Position numbers and translations under genes: made by a program. Of a stretch of DNA of 64,000 nt, positions 6,978 through 14,848 are shown one piece after another. Position 1 is the first letter of the stretch, and each line of letters starts with the position of its first letter. The notes under the pieces were generated by a model that made no database searches, was not told the DNA's origin, and saw nothing but the letters and a program-made list of their open reading frames with translations. Source of the stretch: Eggerthellales bacterium (GTDB lineage: Bacteria > Actinomycetota > Coriobacteriia > Coriobacteriales > Eggerthellaceae); contig JAQXTF010000071.1 in the NCBI GenBank assembly GCA_029219345.1, positions 24 through 64,023 on the forward strand, given 5' to 3'.

Positions 6978-9505
6978 TGCATGGCTTCGCCTTTGTGCCT
7001 TTGACGGCTCTGTTCATTTACCTGTTTGAATTCTGCACCTTGGCTGTTGCCAAGAAGAATGCCCTGGTCACCCGCTTCCTCATTATGCTGGTGTTCCTGA
7101 TTGTGTGGTCGGGCGGATCCGCCCTCATGCGCCTTCAGTTCTTCGGCTTGGTTTCGCCATGGTTTCATATGTCGTTGGTGGGCATCTGGTTTGCGTGCCT
7201 TACCCTGGACGAATTGCTGGCATGCTTCGCCGGCAAGCACATCAGCCTGCCCGAAAAGGTTTTGGGCGCTGTGCTTATGGTGTTTATGGTTGTCAACGTG
7301 GCCACGGAATGGTTCTTGGCGCCTCCCCAGCTAGTGGAGGGCGCCGATGGCGCGCTGTCCTTTGTCTACGGCTCCTTCACCATTGGCACCTACCTTATGT
7401 ATGGCGTGTATGCCGTGTATAGCGTCATGATTTTGCTGCGCGTTATTGACTGCGTGCGTTGCCGCGCCTTTTCCCGTCATCAGGCGCTGCCCATTTCCAT
7501 TGGCTCTGTATTCATTATTCTGGGCCAGGTTATCATCATGTTGCCACCTTTCAAGGGCATTCCTCTGGACCTTGCCATGGGCATCGTGTTTGCCGTATGC
7601 TGCTTCGTCAGCTTGTACAACAAGCACCTGTTCTCTCTGACCCTTGCTTTGTCTCATGGTACTTACGCCCTGATTACTTTTGTGGTCATCTTTATTTTCA
7701 GCCTTCAGCTGATTAAGCCCCTTGAGAGCTTCGTATCCACCTTGCCTGATCCCTTGGGCAGCAACAGCACGGTAGCTGTGGTTTTGCTGTGCGTGGCATT
7801 CGCCTTCTTGTTGTATGCGCTTATCCGCAAGCTGAGCAATGTGCTGTTCCTGAAAGACCAGACCAGCCGTCGCACCGGCCTGAAGGAATACCAGGAGCAG
7901 GTTTCTCGATCCTTGAGCGTTGCCGAGATTAGCGAAGCTTACTGCCAGCGAGTATGCAGCGATCTACGTTCCGTGCGTACGGTGCGCGTGTGTTTGAGCG
8001 ATTCCGATGGCTCCATGGTCATTAAGGGCTCAAGTATTCCCTTTGAGGCGGGCGGCGTTATGTTCAATGCCAACAGCGCTGTTATGGAATGGCTTACCGC
8101 CCATGGTGATGTTCTGACTCCTGCCGAATTCGCGCGCAGCGTTGAGTATCGCGCTATGTGGGAATCTGAACGCCAGAAATTGCAGCTTATGAACATGAAC
8201 TGCATTGTGCCGCTTAGCGTGAACCAGGAGCTTATCGGCATGGCTGTCATCAGCCTGAAGGACGCCCGTGGCTCCCTTACCATGAATGATATGGACCATT
8301 TGCTGGCCCTTTCTGCTGTTACGGCAATTGGTGTCAAGAACAGTCAGCTGTACGAGCAGGCTGCCTACGAAGCGCGCACCGATGAATTGACAGGCCTTCT
8401 GAACCGCAAACACTTCTATCAGGAGCTTGAGCGCATTCACGAAGAAGACCCGCAGCGCATCATGAGCGTCATTATGCTGAATCTGGATGACTTCAAGCTG
8501 TATAACCAGCTGTATGGCGAGCGCGAAGCAGATGACGTGCTGCGTCGCGTTGCTGGTGTGCTTCAGATGACGGTGGGCGAAACCAACCTTGCCGCCCGCC
8601 TTAACGGCAAGGAGTTTGCAGTTCTGATGCCCGGCCAAGACATCAGCGCAGCAAAACGCTTGGCCGAAAATCTGCGCACTCAGATCTATCAGCTGAACCG
8701 CGGTGACCGCGATGAGGCTTTGAAGGTGCTTACCTGCAGTATCGGTATTTGCGGCATGCCCTTTGATGCCCATAACACTCGTCAGCTTATGGATAACGCG
8801 AATATGGCTGTTTATCAGGTTAAACAGCGCGGTAAGAACGCCATTATGGTTTATTCAACGGGCACTGAGGGAGATAAGCTGGCAGTTGATCAGATTGATC
8901 ACCATGGCATCTTCTCAAGCTATGCTGATACGATTTATGCTTTGACGGCCGCTATTGACGCTAAGGACCATTACACCTTTACCCACTCCAACAACGTTGC
9001 GTATTATGCCTCGGTGCTGGCAAGCTGTGTGGGCCTGAACGCTGATACGGTTGAAATCGTGCGCGAAGCAGGTCTGTTGCACGATGTTGGCAAGATTGGC
9101 ATTCCTGAAGCTATTCTGCAGAAGCCTTCTTCGCTGACGGCTGATGAATACGAGATCATCAAGAAGCATCCTGAAAATGCTGTATCCATCATTCGTCACC
9201 TGCCAAGCCTGGACTATGTAATTCCCGCCGTGGTGGGGCATCACGAGCGCTGGGATGGCAAGGGATATCCTCGTCGCCTGGCGGGGGAGGATATTCCTCT
9301 GACGGCGCGCATCCTGTGCGTTGCCGACGTTTTTGACGCCATTACCACCAAGCGCTGCTACCAAGATCTTCGCGAGATTGAAAAGGCTCTTCAGATTATC
9401 GAAAACGGTGCAGGAACTCAGTTCGATCCTCAGCTGGCTACTTTGTTCGTGGAGAAATTCAAGGAAGGCGTCATCGAGCTTCAGTCAGGCCGTGCCGCTG
9501 AATAG
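6974..9505 (+). CDS. Polytopic membrane signalling protein: N-terminal multi-TM sensor, GAF-like linker, degenerate GGDEF domain, and HD-GYP c-di-GMP phosphodiesterase domain
   Basis: About 8 hydrophobic segments lie in the first 290 aa. DELTGLLNRKHF starts the GGDEF fold, but the active-site motif reads NGKEF (nt 8603-8617). The HD-GYP domain looks intact: LLHDVGKIGIP ... HHERWDGKGYP. Confidence 0.8.
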   Translation: MMHGFAFVPLTALFIYLFEFCTLAVAKKNALVTRFLIMLVFLIVWSGGSALMRLQFFGLVSPWFHMSLVGIWFACLTLDELLACFAGKHISLPEKVLGAVLMVFMVVNVATEWFLAPPQLVEGADGALSFVYGSFTIGTYLMYGVYAVYSVMILLRVIDCVRCRAFSRHQALPISIGSVFIILGQVIIMLPPFKGIPLDLAMGIVFAVCCFVSLYNKHLFSLTLALSHGTYALITFVVIFIFSLQLIKPLESFVSTLPDPLGSNSTVAVVLLCVAFAFLLYALIRKLSNVLFLKDQTSRRTGLKEYQEQVSRSLSVAEISEAYCQRVCSDLRSVRTVRVCLSDSDGSMVIKGSSIPFEAGGVMFNANSAVMEWLTAHGDVLTPAEFARSVEYRAMWESERQKLQLMNMNCIVPLSVNQELIGMAVISLKDARGSLTMNDMDHLLALSAVTAIGVKNSQLYEQAAYEARTDELTGLLNRKHFYQELERIHEEDPQRIMSVIMLNLDDFKLYNQLYGEREADDVLRRVAGVLQMTVGETNLAARLNGKEFAVLMPGQDISAAKRLAENLRTQIYQLNRGDRDEALKVLTCSIGICGMPFDAHNTRQLMDNANMAVYQVKQRGKNAIMVYSTGTEGDKLAVDQIDHHGIFSSYADTIYALTAAIDAKDHYTFTHSNNVAYYASVLASCVGLNADTVEIVREAGLLHDVGKIGIPEAILQKPSSLTADEYEIIKKHPENAVSIIRHLPSLDYVIPAVVGHHERWDGKGYPRRLAGEDIPLTARILCVADVFDAITTKRCYQDLREIEKALQIIENGAGTQFDPQLATLFVEKFKEGVIELQSGRAAE

Positions 9506-9702
9506 CTTACTGCTTATATATTTAGCAAAAAATTAATCCGTAAAAAATTCTACTGCGTACTGGTCGCCTATGGTAAGACAGCAAGTGAGAGTCTGGGGTG
9601 GCGGATTGTCGCGGTGCGCAAACAAGCGTATGCAAATACGTGATGTCGTCACGCAAGTGAAGCGTCAAGAGAGCAAGGCGACCCCAGCTTCCAAGTAGCG
9701 GC

Positions 9703-9729
9703 AACAAAAAAGCCGTTCGTTGGAACGGC
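9703..9729 (-). terminator. Rho-independent terminator downstream of tRNA-Asp
   Basis: On the minus strand: GCCGTTC-CAAC-GAACGGC followed by TTTTTTG. Confidence 0.65.
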
Positions 9730-9742
9730 TCTTGAAATCAAA

Positions 9743-9819
<77 letters not shown>

Positions 9820-9840
9820 ATTGCCTTAGCAGCAGGGAGT

Positions 9841-9869
9841 ATATTACGGGTTTGTTGTGGTTAATGCAA
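9841..9869 (-). promoter_or_regulatory. Candidate sigma-70-type promoter for tRNA-Asp
   Basis: On the minus strand: TTGCAT, 17 nt spacer, TAATAT, ending about 20 nt upstream of the mature tRNA 5' end. Confidence 0.5.
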
Positions 9870-10023
9870 GCGTTATTTTGAAAAATTTTTAAATTGCTTC
9901 CATTTTTCTTTTTCACGTATCTTCACTAACCGCCGTTAAAAGTTGCCAACTCAGCAACAAGGCGCATTTCGAATTCCCTACATGGCTACAATATATTGCG
10001 TAAAAAGAAAAAGGAATGTAGTC

Positions 10024-12180
10024 ATGCGAATCTTTACATATCTTATGGAGCACAAACTTGCTTTTGTGGCGGTTGTGCTGTGCTTCGTCATACAGGCTTG
10101 CTGTGAGCTTGCCCTGCCGCGCTATACCTCAGATATTGTGGACGTTGGTATTCAACAAAGCGGCATTGAGAATCCGTCGCCGGAGGTTCTCTCACAGAGC
10201 ACTTACGGCCTGGTAACTATGATTGCTCCTTCGGAAGACGAGACTCTTATTGAAAGCCGCTATTCTTTTGATGAGGCTCGTGGCTGTTATGTGCTTCAGG
10301 CTGTCTCTAATGAGGAACGGCAGGCTCTCGACAAAGCCATTGCTCTTCCTTTGGTGTGCGCGCACTATGGTGCCGCATTGGGTCAGATTGACCTACAGCA
10401 GCTGCTGGCCGCCTATCAGTCGGGAGCTGTTACCAAGGAGCAGATTTCTCAGGGCGTTACGCAGGCTATGGCGGTCATGGGCTCTCTTAACGATGATCTT
10501 TTGGCCCAGCAGGCCGTTGAGGCCTCGAAGGCCGAATATGAAGCCTGCGGCGTTAGCTTGGCTGATATGCAGATGGGTTATCTGATGCGCGTTGGCCTCA
10601 TTATGGCTTTCCTCGCCTTTATGGCTTGCTTCATTCATTGCATTATGAACTGGTTTGCGACGCGCACCTCGGCGCAGATTGGCCGAGACCTGCGTTCTCG
10701 GTTCTTTAAGCGCGTGGTGGAGTTTTCAGATGCCGAGGTTGATCGGTTCTCCACCGCTTCGTTGGTGACCCGTGGCACCAACGATGTGCAGCAGATTCAA
10801 AACGTGAGCCTCATGGCTCAGCGCATGGTTATCTACACCGCAGTTATTAGCATTGGCGCCATCATCATGGTGGCCCAGACAAACGTTTCCATGAGCTGGA
10901 TTATCGGATTGGCCATTGCGGTTATCTTCGTGGCAATCTGCATTTTGTTTGCCATTACCATGCCAAAGTTCAAGCTGGTGCAAAAGCTGGTAGACAAGGT
11001 GAATCAAGTGTCCCGTGAGATTCTGACGGGCCTTCCCGTCATTCGCGCCTTCAATAGGGAAGAGTTTGAGTTGGAACGCTTCCAGAAGGCAAACGAGAGC
11101 CTTACAGCAACAATGCTGTTCACCCAGCGTGCTATGGCTTTCATGATGCCCGTTATGATGCTGGTCATGAACCTGGTTTCCGTGGCTATCGTGTGGGTTG
11201 GCAGCCATTATGTTGATTTGGGAACCGTGCAAACTGGTGACCTGATTGCCTTCATCACCTACTCCATGATCATTGTGGTCAGCTTCCTTATGGTGGGTAT
11301 GATTGCTGTCATTCTGCCTCGTGCCAATGTGGCGGCGGCTCGTATCGATGAGGTTATCAACACCTCGTCCAGCATCCAGGATGCTCTTGAGGTTTTCGAT
11401 GAAGATCTTGCCACCGACAAAGGTGCTCAGATTAGCTTCAACGACGTTTGCTTCCGCTACTCCGAAGATAGCGAGAACGTGCTTGATCATGTAAGCTTTA
11501 CGGCTGAGGCGGGCAAGACAACGGCCATCATCGGTTCCACCGGTTGCGGCAAGTCCACCATTATTCGCCTCATAGAGCGTTTCTACGACGTGAATGAGGG
11601 CAGTGTCACCATTGATGGCATTGACGTGCGCCAGCTGTCCCAGAAGGCTCTGCGCCGCACCTTTGGCTATGTTCCCCAGAAGGCATTCCTCTTTAGCGGG
11701 ACCATTGAGTCCAACGTGGCCTACGGCATGGACGAAGAATCCGATGAGCGTGTTGAGCAGGCGCTGGAAATTGCACAGGCCAGCCAATTCGTGGCCGAGA
11801 AACCTGAAGGTGTCAATGAGCCCATCGCGCAGGGCGGCGGTAACGTCTCCGGCGGTCAGCGACAGCGCCTTGCCATTGCTCGTGCTCTAGCAACTGATGC
11901 CCGCGCTTACCTGTTTGACGATAGCTTTTCCGCTCTTGACTACAAGACCGACGCCCGGTTGCGCCAGGAGCTCCAGACCCGCCTGGCTGACAAGACGGTT
12001 GTCATTGTGGCCCAGCGCATTTCCACCATTATGAGTGCCGATCGCATTGTGGTCATCGATGATGGTCGCGTGGTTGGTCAAGGTACTCATCAGCAGCTGA
12101 TGGAAGGCTGTGAAGCGTATCGAGAAATTGCCTACTCGCAGCTGTCGGCGGCGGAACTTGCGAAAGGAGGTGTTGCCTAA
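10024..12180 (+). CDS. Heterodimeric ABC exporter subunit (permease + NBD) carrying the degenerate ATPase site
   Basis: GSTGCGKST, VSGGQRQRLAIARAL. Walker B is YLFDDSFSALD (Asp replaces the catalytic Glu). The H-loop is AQR instead of AHR. I prefer the ATG at 10024 (AAGGAA upstream) over the TTG at 9943 in the ORF track. There is a long insertion between TM1 and TM2. Confidence 0.85.
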   Translation: MRIFTYLMEHKLAFVAVVLCFVIQACCELALPRYTSDIVDVGIQQSGIENPSPEVLSQSTYGLVTMIAPSEDETLIESRYSFDEARGCYVLQAVSNEERQALDKAIALPLVCAHYGAALGQIDLQQLLAAYQSGAVTKEQISQGVTQAMAVMGSLNDDLLAQQAVEASKAEYEACGVSLADMQMGYLMRVGLIMAFLAFMACFIHCIMNWFATRTSAQIGRDLRSRFFKRVVEFSDAEVDRFSTASLVTRGTNDVQQIQNVSLMAQRMVIYTAVISIGAIIMVAQTNVSMSWIIGLAIAVIFVAICILFAITMPKFKLVQKLVDKVNQVSREILTGLPVIRAFNREEFELERFQKANESLTATMLFTQRAMAFMMPVMMLVMNLVSVAIVWVGSHYVDLGTVQTGDLIAFITYSMIIVVSFLMVGMIAVILPRANVAAARIDEVINTSSSIQDALEVFDEDLATDKGAQISFNDVCFRYSEDSENVLDHVSFTAEAGKTTAIIGSTGCGKSTIIRLIERFYDVNEGSVTIDGIDVRQLSQKALRRTFGYVPQKAFLFSGTIESNVAYGMDEESDERVEQALEIAQASQFVAEKPEGVNEPIAQGGGNVSGGQRQRLAIARALATDARAYLFDDSFSALDYKTDARLRQELQTRLADKTVVIVAQRISTIMSADRIVVIDDGRVVGQGTHQQLMEGCEAYREIAYSQLSAAELAKGGVA

Positions 12181-14036
12181 TGGCTGAGCAGACTAATCGT
12201 AGACGTCCTCATGGTCATGGCCATGGTCGCCATCTGATGCCCGATGAGAAGGCTAAAGATTTCAAGGGAACGCTTCGAAAAATCATTGCTTACCTGGGCG
12301 CTTACAAAATCGCTTTGGTGTTCGTGGTCATCTTTGCCCTGGGCGGCACCATTTTCAACATCATCGGTCCCAAAGTTTTGTCTCAGGCAACCACGGAGCT
12401 CTTTACAGGCCTGGTGGCAAAGGTCAATGGAACGGGCGGCATCAATTTTGACGCTATTCTTTCCATACTTCTTGTCACGCTGGCAATCTATTGCGTGTCG
12501 GCCCTGTGTTCTTTGGTGCAGAGCTGGGTAATGTCGGGCGTCACCCAGCGCATCAGCTACAAGATGCGCCAGGATATTGCGGAAAAGATCAACCGCATGC
12601 CCTTCGGCTTCTTTGATAAGAACTCCTTGGGCGACACCCTTTCTCGCATTACCAACGACGTTGATACCTTGGGCATGAGTCTTAACCAAAGTCTGACTCA
12701 AATGATCACCTCGGTGGCTACCATCATCGGTGTTTTGGTCATGATGCTTTCCATCAACGTTGTCATGACTTTGGTGACTTTGCTTTTGCTGCCAATTTCC
12801 GGCTGCCTGATTGTGTTCTTCGTGAAAAGGTCCCAGAAGCATTTTGTTGCCCAGCAGAACCTTTTGGGCGAGGTAAACGGTGTGGTTGAAGAGGCAATTT
12901 CGGGCCACACCATCGTAAAGGCCTTTAACAGGCAAGAAGAGACCATCAAGAACTTCGATGAGTCTAATGAGCGTCTGTACAACGCGGCTCGCCAGTCGCT
13001 GTTCATTTCCAGCTTCATGAAGCCCATCATGGACTTTATTGGCAACGTCGGCTACGTGGCAGTTGCTATTTTGGGTAGTGTTTTTGCTGTTCAGGGCATT
13101 ATCACTGTTGGCGACATTCAGGCATTCATTCAGTATGTAAAGAATTTCACCCAGCCTTTGAGCCAACTTACCCAAATCAGCACCGTCATTCAGCAGCTTG
13201 CTGCCTCGGCGGAGCGCATCTTCGAATTCCTTGCCGAAGATGAAGAACCATTGGAAACCTATGAGGCAACCCCCGATAGGGGCGATGGCGTCATTGAGTT
13301 TGACCATGTGAAGTTTGGCTACGAATCTGACAAGATTGTCATCAACGACTTCTCTACGGTGGTGGAAAAGGGCCAGACCGTGGCTTTGGTAGGCCCCACT
13401 GGCGCTGGCAAGACTACCATTGTGAAGCTGCTCATGCGATTCTACGACGTAACTGAGGGCTCTATTCGCATTGGCGGGCGAGACTTGCGCGAATTCAACC
13501 GCGCCGATATTCGCAATCGCTTTGGCATGGTCTTGCAGGACACGTGGCTGTTCAGTGGATCCATTCGCGAGAATATTCGCTATGGCCGTTTGGATGCCAC
13601 TGATGAGGAAGTGGAGGCCGCTGCAAAGGCAGGCTGCGCTCATCACTTCATTCAGACTCTCCCTGGTGGATATGATTTCGTGATTAACGAAGATGCCAGC
13701 AATATCAGCCAAGGTCAGCGACAGCTCTTGACCATCGCCCGTGCTATATTGGCCAACCGCGATATCTTGATTTTGGATGAAGCCACAAGTTCTGTTGACA
13801 CCCGCACCGAGGAGCACATACAGCGCGCTATGGACACGCTTATGGAGGGCCGCACCAGCTTCGTCATCGCTCATCGTTTGTCCACCATTCGCAACGCTGA
13901 CTTGATTCTGGTGGTAAACAAGGGCGACATCATTGAGCAAGGCACTCACGAAGAACTGCTTGCGCTTAATGGCTTCTATGCTGACTTGTACAATTCCCAA
14001 TTCGCAGATTGCGATGATAGTGTTGAGCCTGCTTAA
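12180..14036 (+). CDS. Heterodimeric ABC exporter subunit (permease + NBD) carrying the consensus ATPase site
   Basis: GPTGAGKTT, LILDEATSSVD, IAHRLST. The signature motif is degenerate (ISQGQRQ). The start overlaps the upstream stop (TAATG). Confidence 0.9.
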   Translation: MAEQTNRRRPHGHGHGRHLMPDEKAKDFKGTLRKIIAYLGAYKIALVFVVIFALGGTIFNIIGPKVLSQATTELFTGLVAKVNGTGGINFDAILSILLVTLAIYCVSALCSLVQSWVMSGVTQRISYKMRQDIAEKINRMPFGFFDKNSLGDTLSRITNDVDTLGMSLNQSLTQMITSVATIIGVLVMMLSINVVMTLVTLLLLPISGCLIVFFVKRSQKHFVAQQNLLGEVNGVVEEAISGHTIVKAFNRQEETIKNFDESNERLYNAARQSLFISSFMKPIMDFIGNVGYVAVAILGSVFAVQGIITVGDIQAFIQYVKNFTQPLSQLTQISTVIQQLAASAERIFEFLAEDEEPLETYEATPDRGDGVIEFDHVKFGYESDKIVINDFSTVVEKGQTVALVGPTGAGKTTIVKLLMRFYDVTEGSIRIGGRDLREFNRADIRNRFGMVLQDTWLFSGSIRENIRYGRLDATDEEVEAAAKAGCAHHFIQTLPGGYDFVINEDASNISQGQRQLLTIARAILANRDILILDEATSSVDTRTEEHIQRAMDTLMEGRTSFVIAHRLSTIRNADLILVVNKGDIIEQGTHEELLALNGFYADLYNSQFADCDDSVEPA

Positions 14037-14074
14037 GTTTGAGAATATTTTGGTAAAATAAGGATTTCTAATCT

Positions 14075-14800
14075 ATGGAAGGCCTCATTTTGATCGAACA
14101 AGACGAACATAGGCAGTTATCTTTGCAGCAGACCCAGCGCGGACGCTTGGTTGTGTTTGACTTCGATGGCACCAGCATCTCGGCTAATTCCCCTGTTAAA
14201 CTGGTGAAATACCTTACCATCAAAGGCATGCTGGGCCCCACTTATGTAGCTCGAATCATTGCTTGGGCGGTTGCGTATGCGTTGCATATTCCCCAGAATG
14301 AGGCATGGGTTCGCGGTTTGGTTTTTTCTGCTTTCGAGGGTTGGAAAAAAGAGAAGGCTGATGCATTTCTTCGCGACTTCTACGATGAGGAGATTGAGCC
14401 TTTGTTCAGGCCGGTGGCTGATCAGATGATGAAGGCCCACATGGCAAAGGGCGATACGGTGGTGGTGATTTCCGCAACTTTTGAACCCATCATCCTTCGT
14501 GCTATGGAAAAGCATGCGTTCAAGAATCAGGTTTCGGTTTGCATGGTGGTTGACCAGAAGGGCTGCTACACCCGACAGGTTGATGGCACTCCTGTGGAGG
14601 GCGAAGAGAAGGTTCGATGCGTTGAGCGTTTTGGCAACCAAATGTTCGGTGAGGGTAATTGGGATTTGGTTTGCGCCTATGCAGACCATTATTCAGATAT
14701 TCCGCTGCTTGAAATGGCGCAGCATCCAATAGCCGTTTCGCCTGGTCCCGCTCTTGCTCGTGAAGCAAAGAAGCGTGGATGGGAAATACTTGATTGGTAA
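14075..14800 (+). CDS. HAD-IB family hydrolase (SerB-like phosphatase fold)
   Basis: LVVFDFDGTSI (DxDxT), VVVISATFEP, and a C-terminal YADHYSDIPLL acid motif. Confidence 0.75.
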   Translation: MEGLILIEQDEHRQLSLQQTQRGRLVVFDFDGTSISANSPVKLVKYLTIKGMLGPTYVARIIAWAVAYALHIPQNEAWVRGLVFSAFEGWKKEKADAFLRDFYDEEIEPLFRPVADQMMKAHMAKGDTVVVISATFEPIILRAMEKHAFKNQVSVCMVVDQKGCYTRQVDGTPVEGEEKVRCVERFGNQMFGEGNWDLVCAYADHYSDIPLLEMAQHPIAVSPGPALAREAKKRGWEILDW

Positions 14801-14848
14801 TTTGCACGAGTCGTTGATGGCGACCGTTTAAGAAAGAAGGCGTTTGCT

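Noticed and set aside
9560-9700. Possible structured RNA between the HD-GYP gene and the tRNA-Asp terminator. It includes a long-range CTGGGGT/ACCCCAG pairing at 9593-9599 / 9681-9687 and local hairpins CGTAT-GCAA-ATACG and CGTGA-TGTCG-TCACG.
   Set aside because: The stems are short and there is no promoter or terminator that I can assign to it. I see no match to a riboswitch or sRNA core that I know (ZTP was considered because of GGCGGAUU, but the CCGCCUGGGC pseudoknot partner is absent). Evidence is insufficient.
9943-10023. The TTG start at 9943 for the first ABC subunit, and similar long N-terminal extensions proposed by the ORF track: 28735 (lic fusion), 45421 (ilvB), 50615 (rimP), 52690 (infB), 61218 (mtnA), 40515 (purF-like), 19424 (mfd)
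   Set aside because: In each case an internal ATG/GTG with a good AGGAGG-type RBS coincides with the conserved family N-terminus. The extension overlaps an upstream gene, terminator or repeat.
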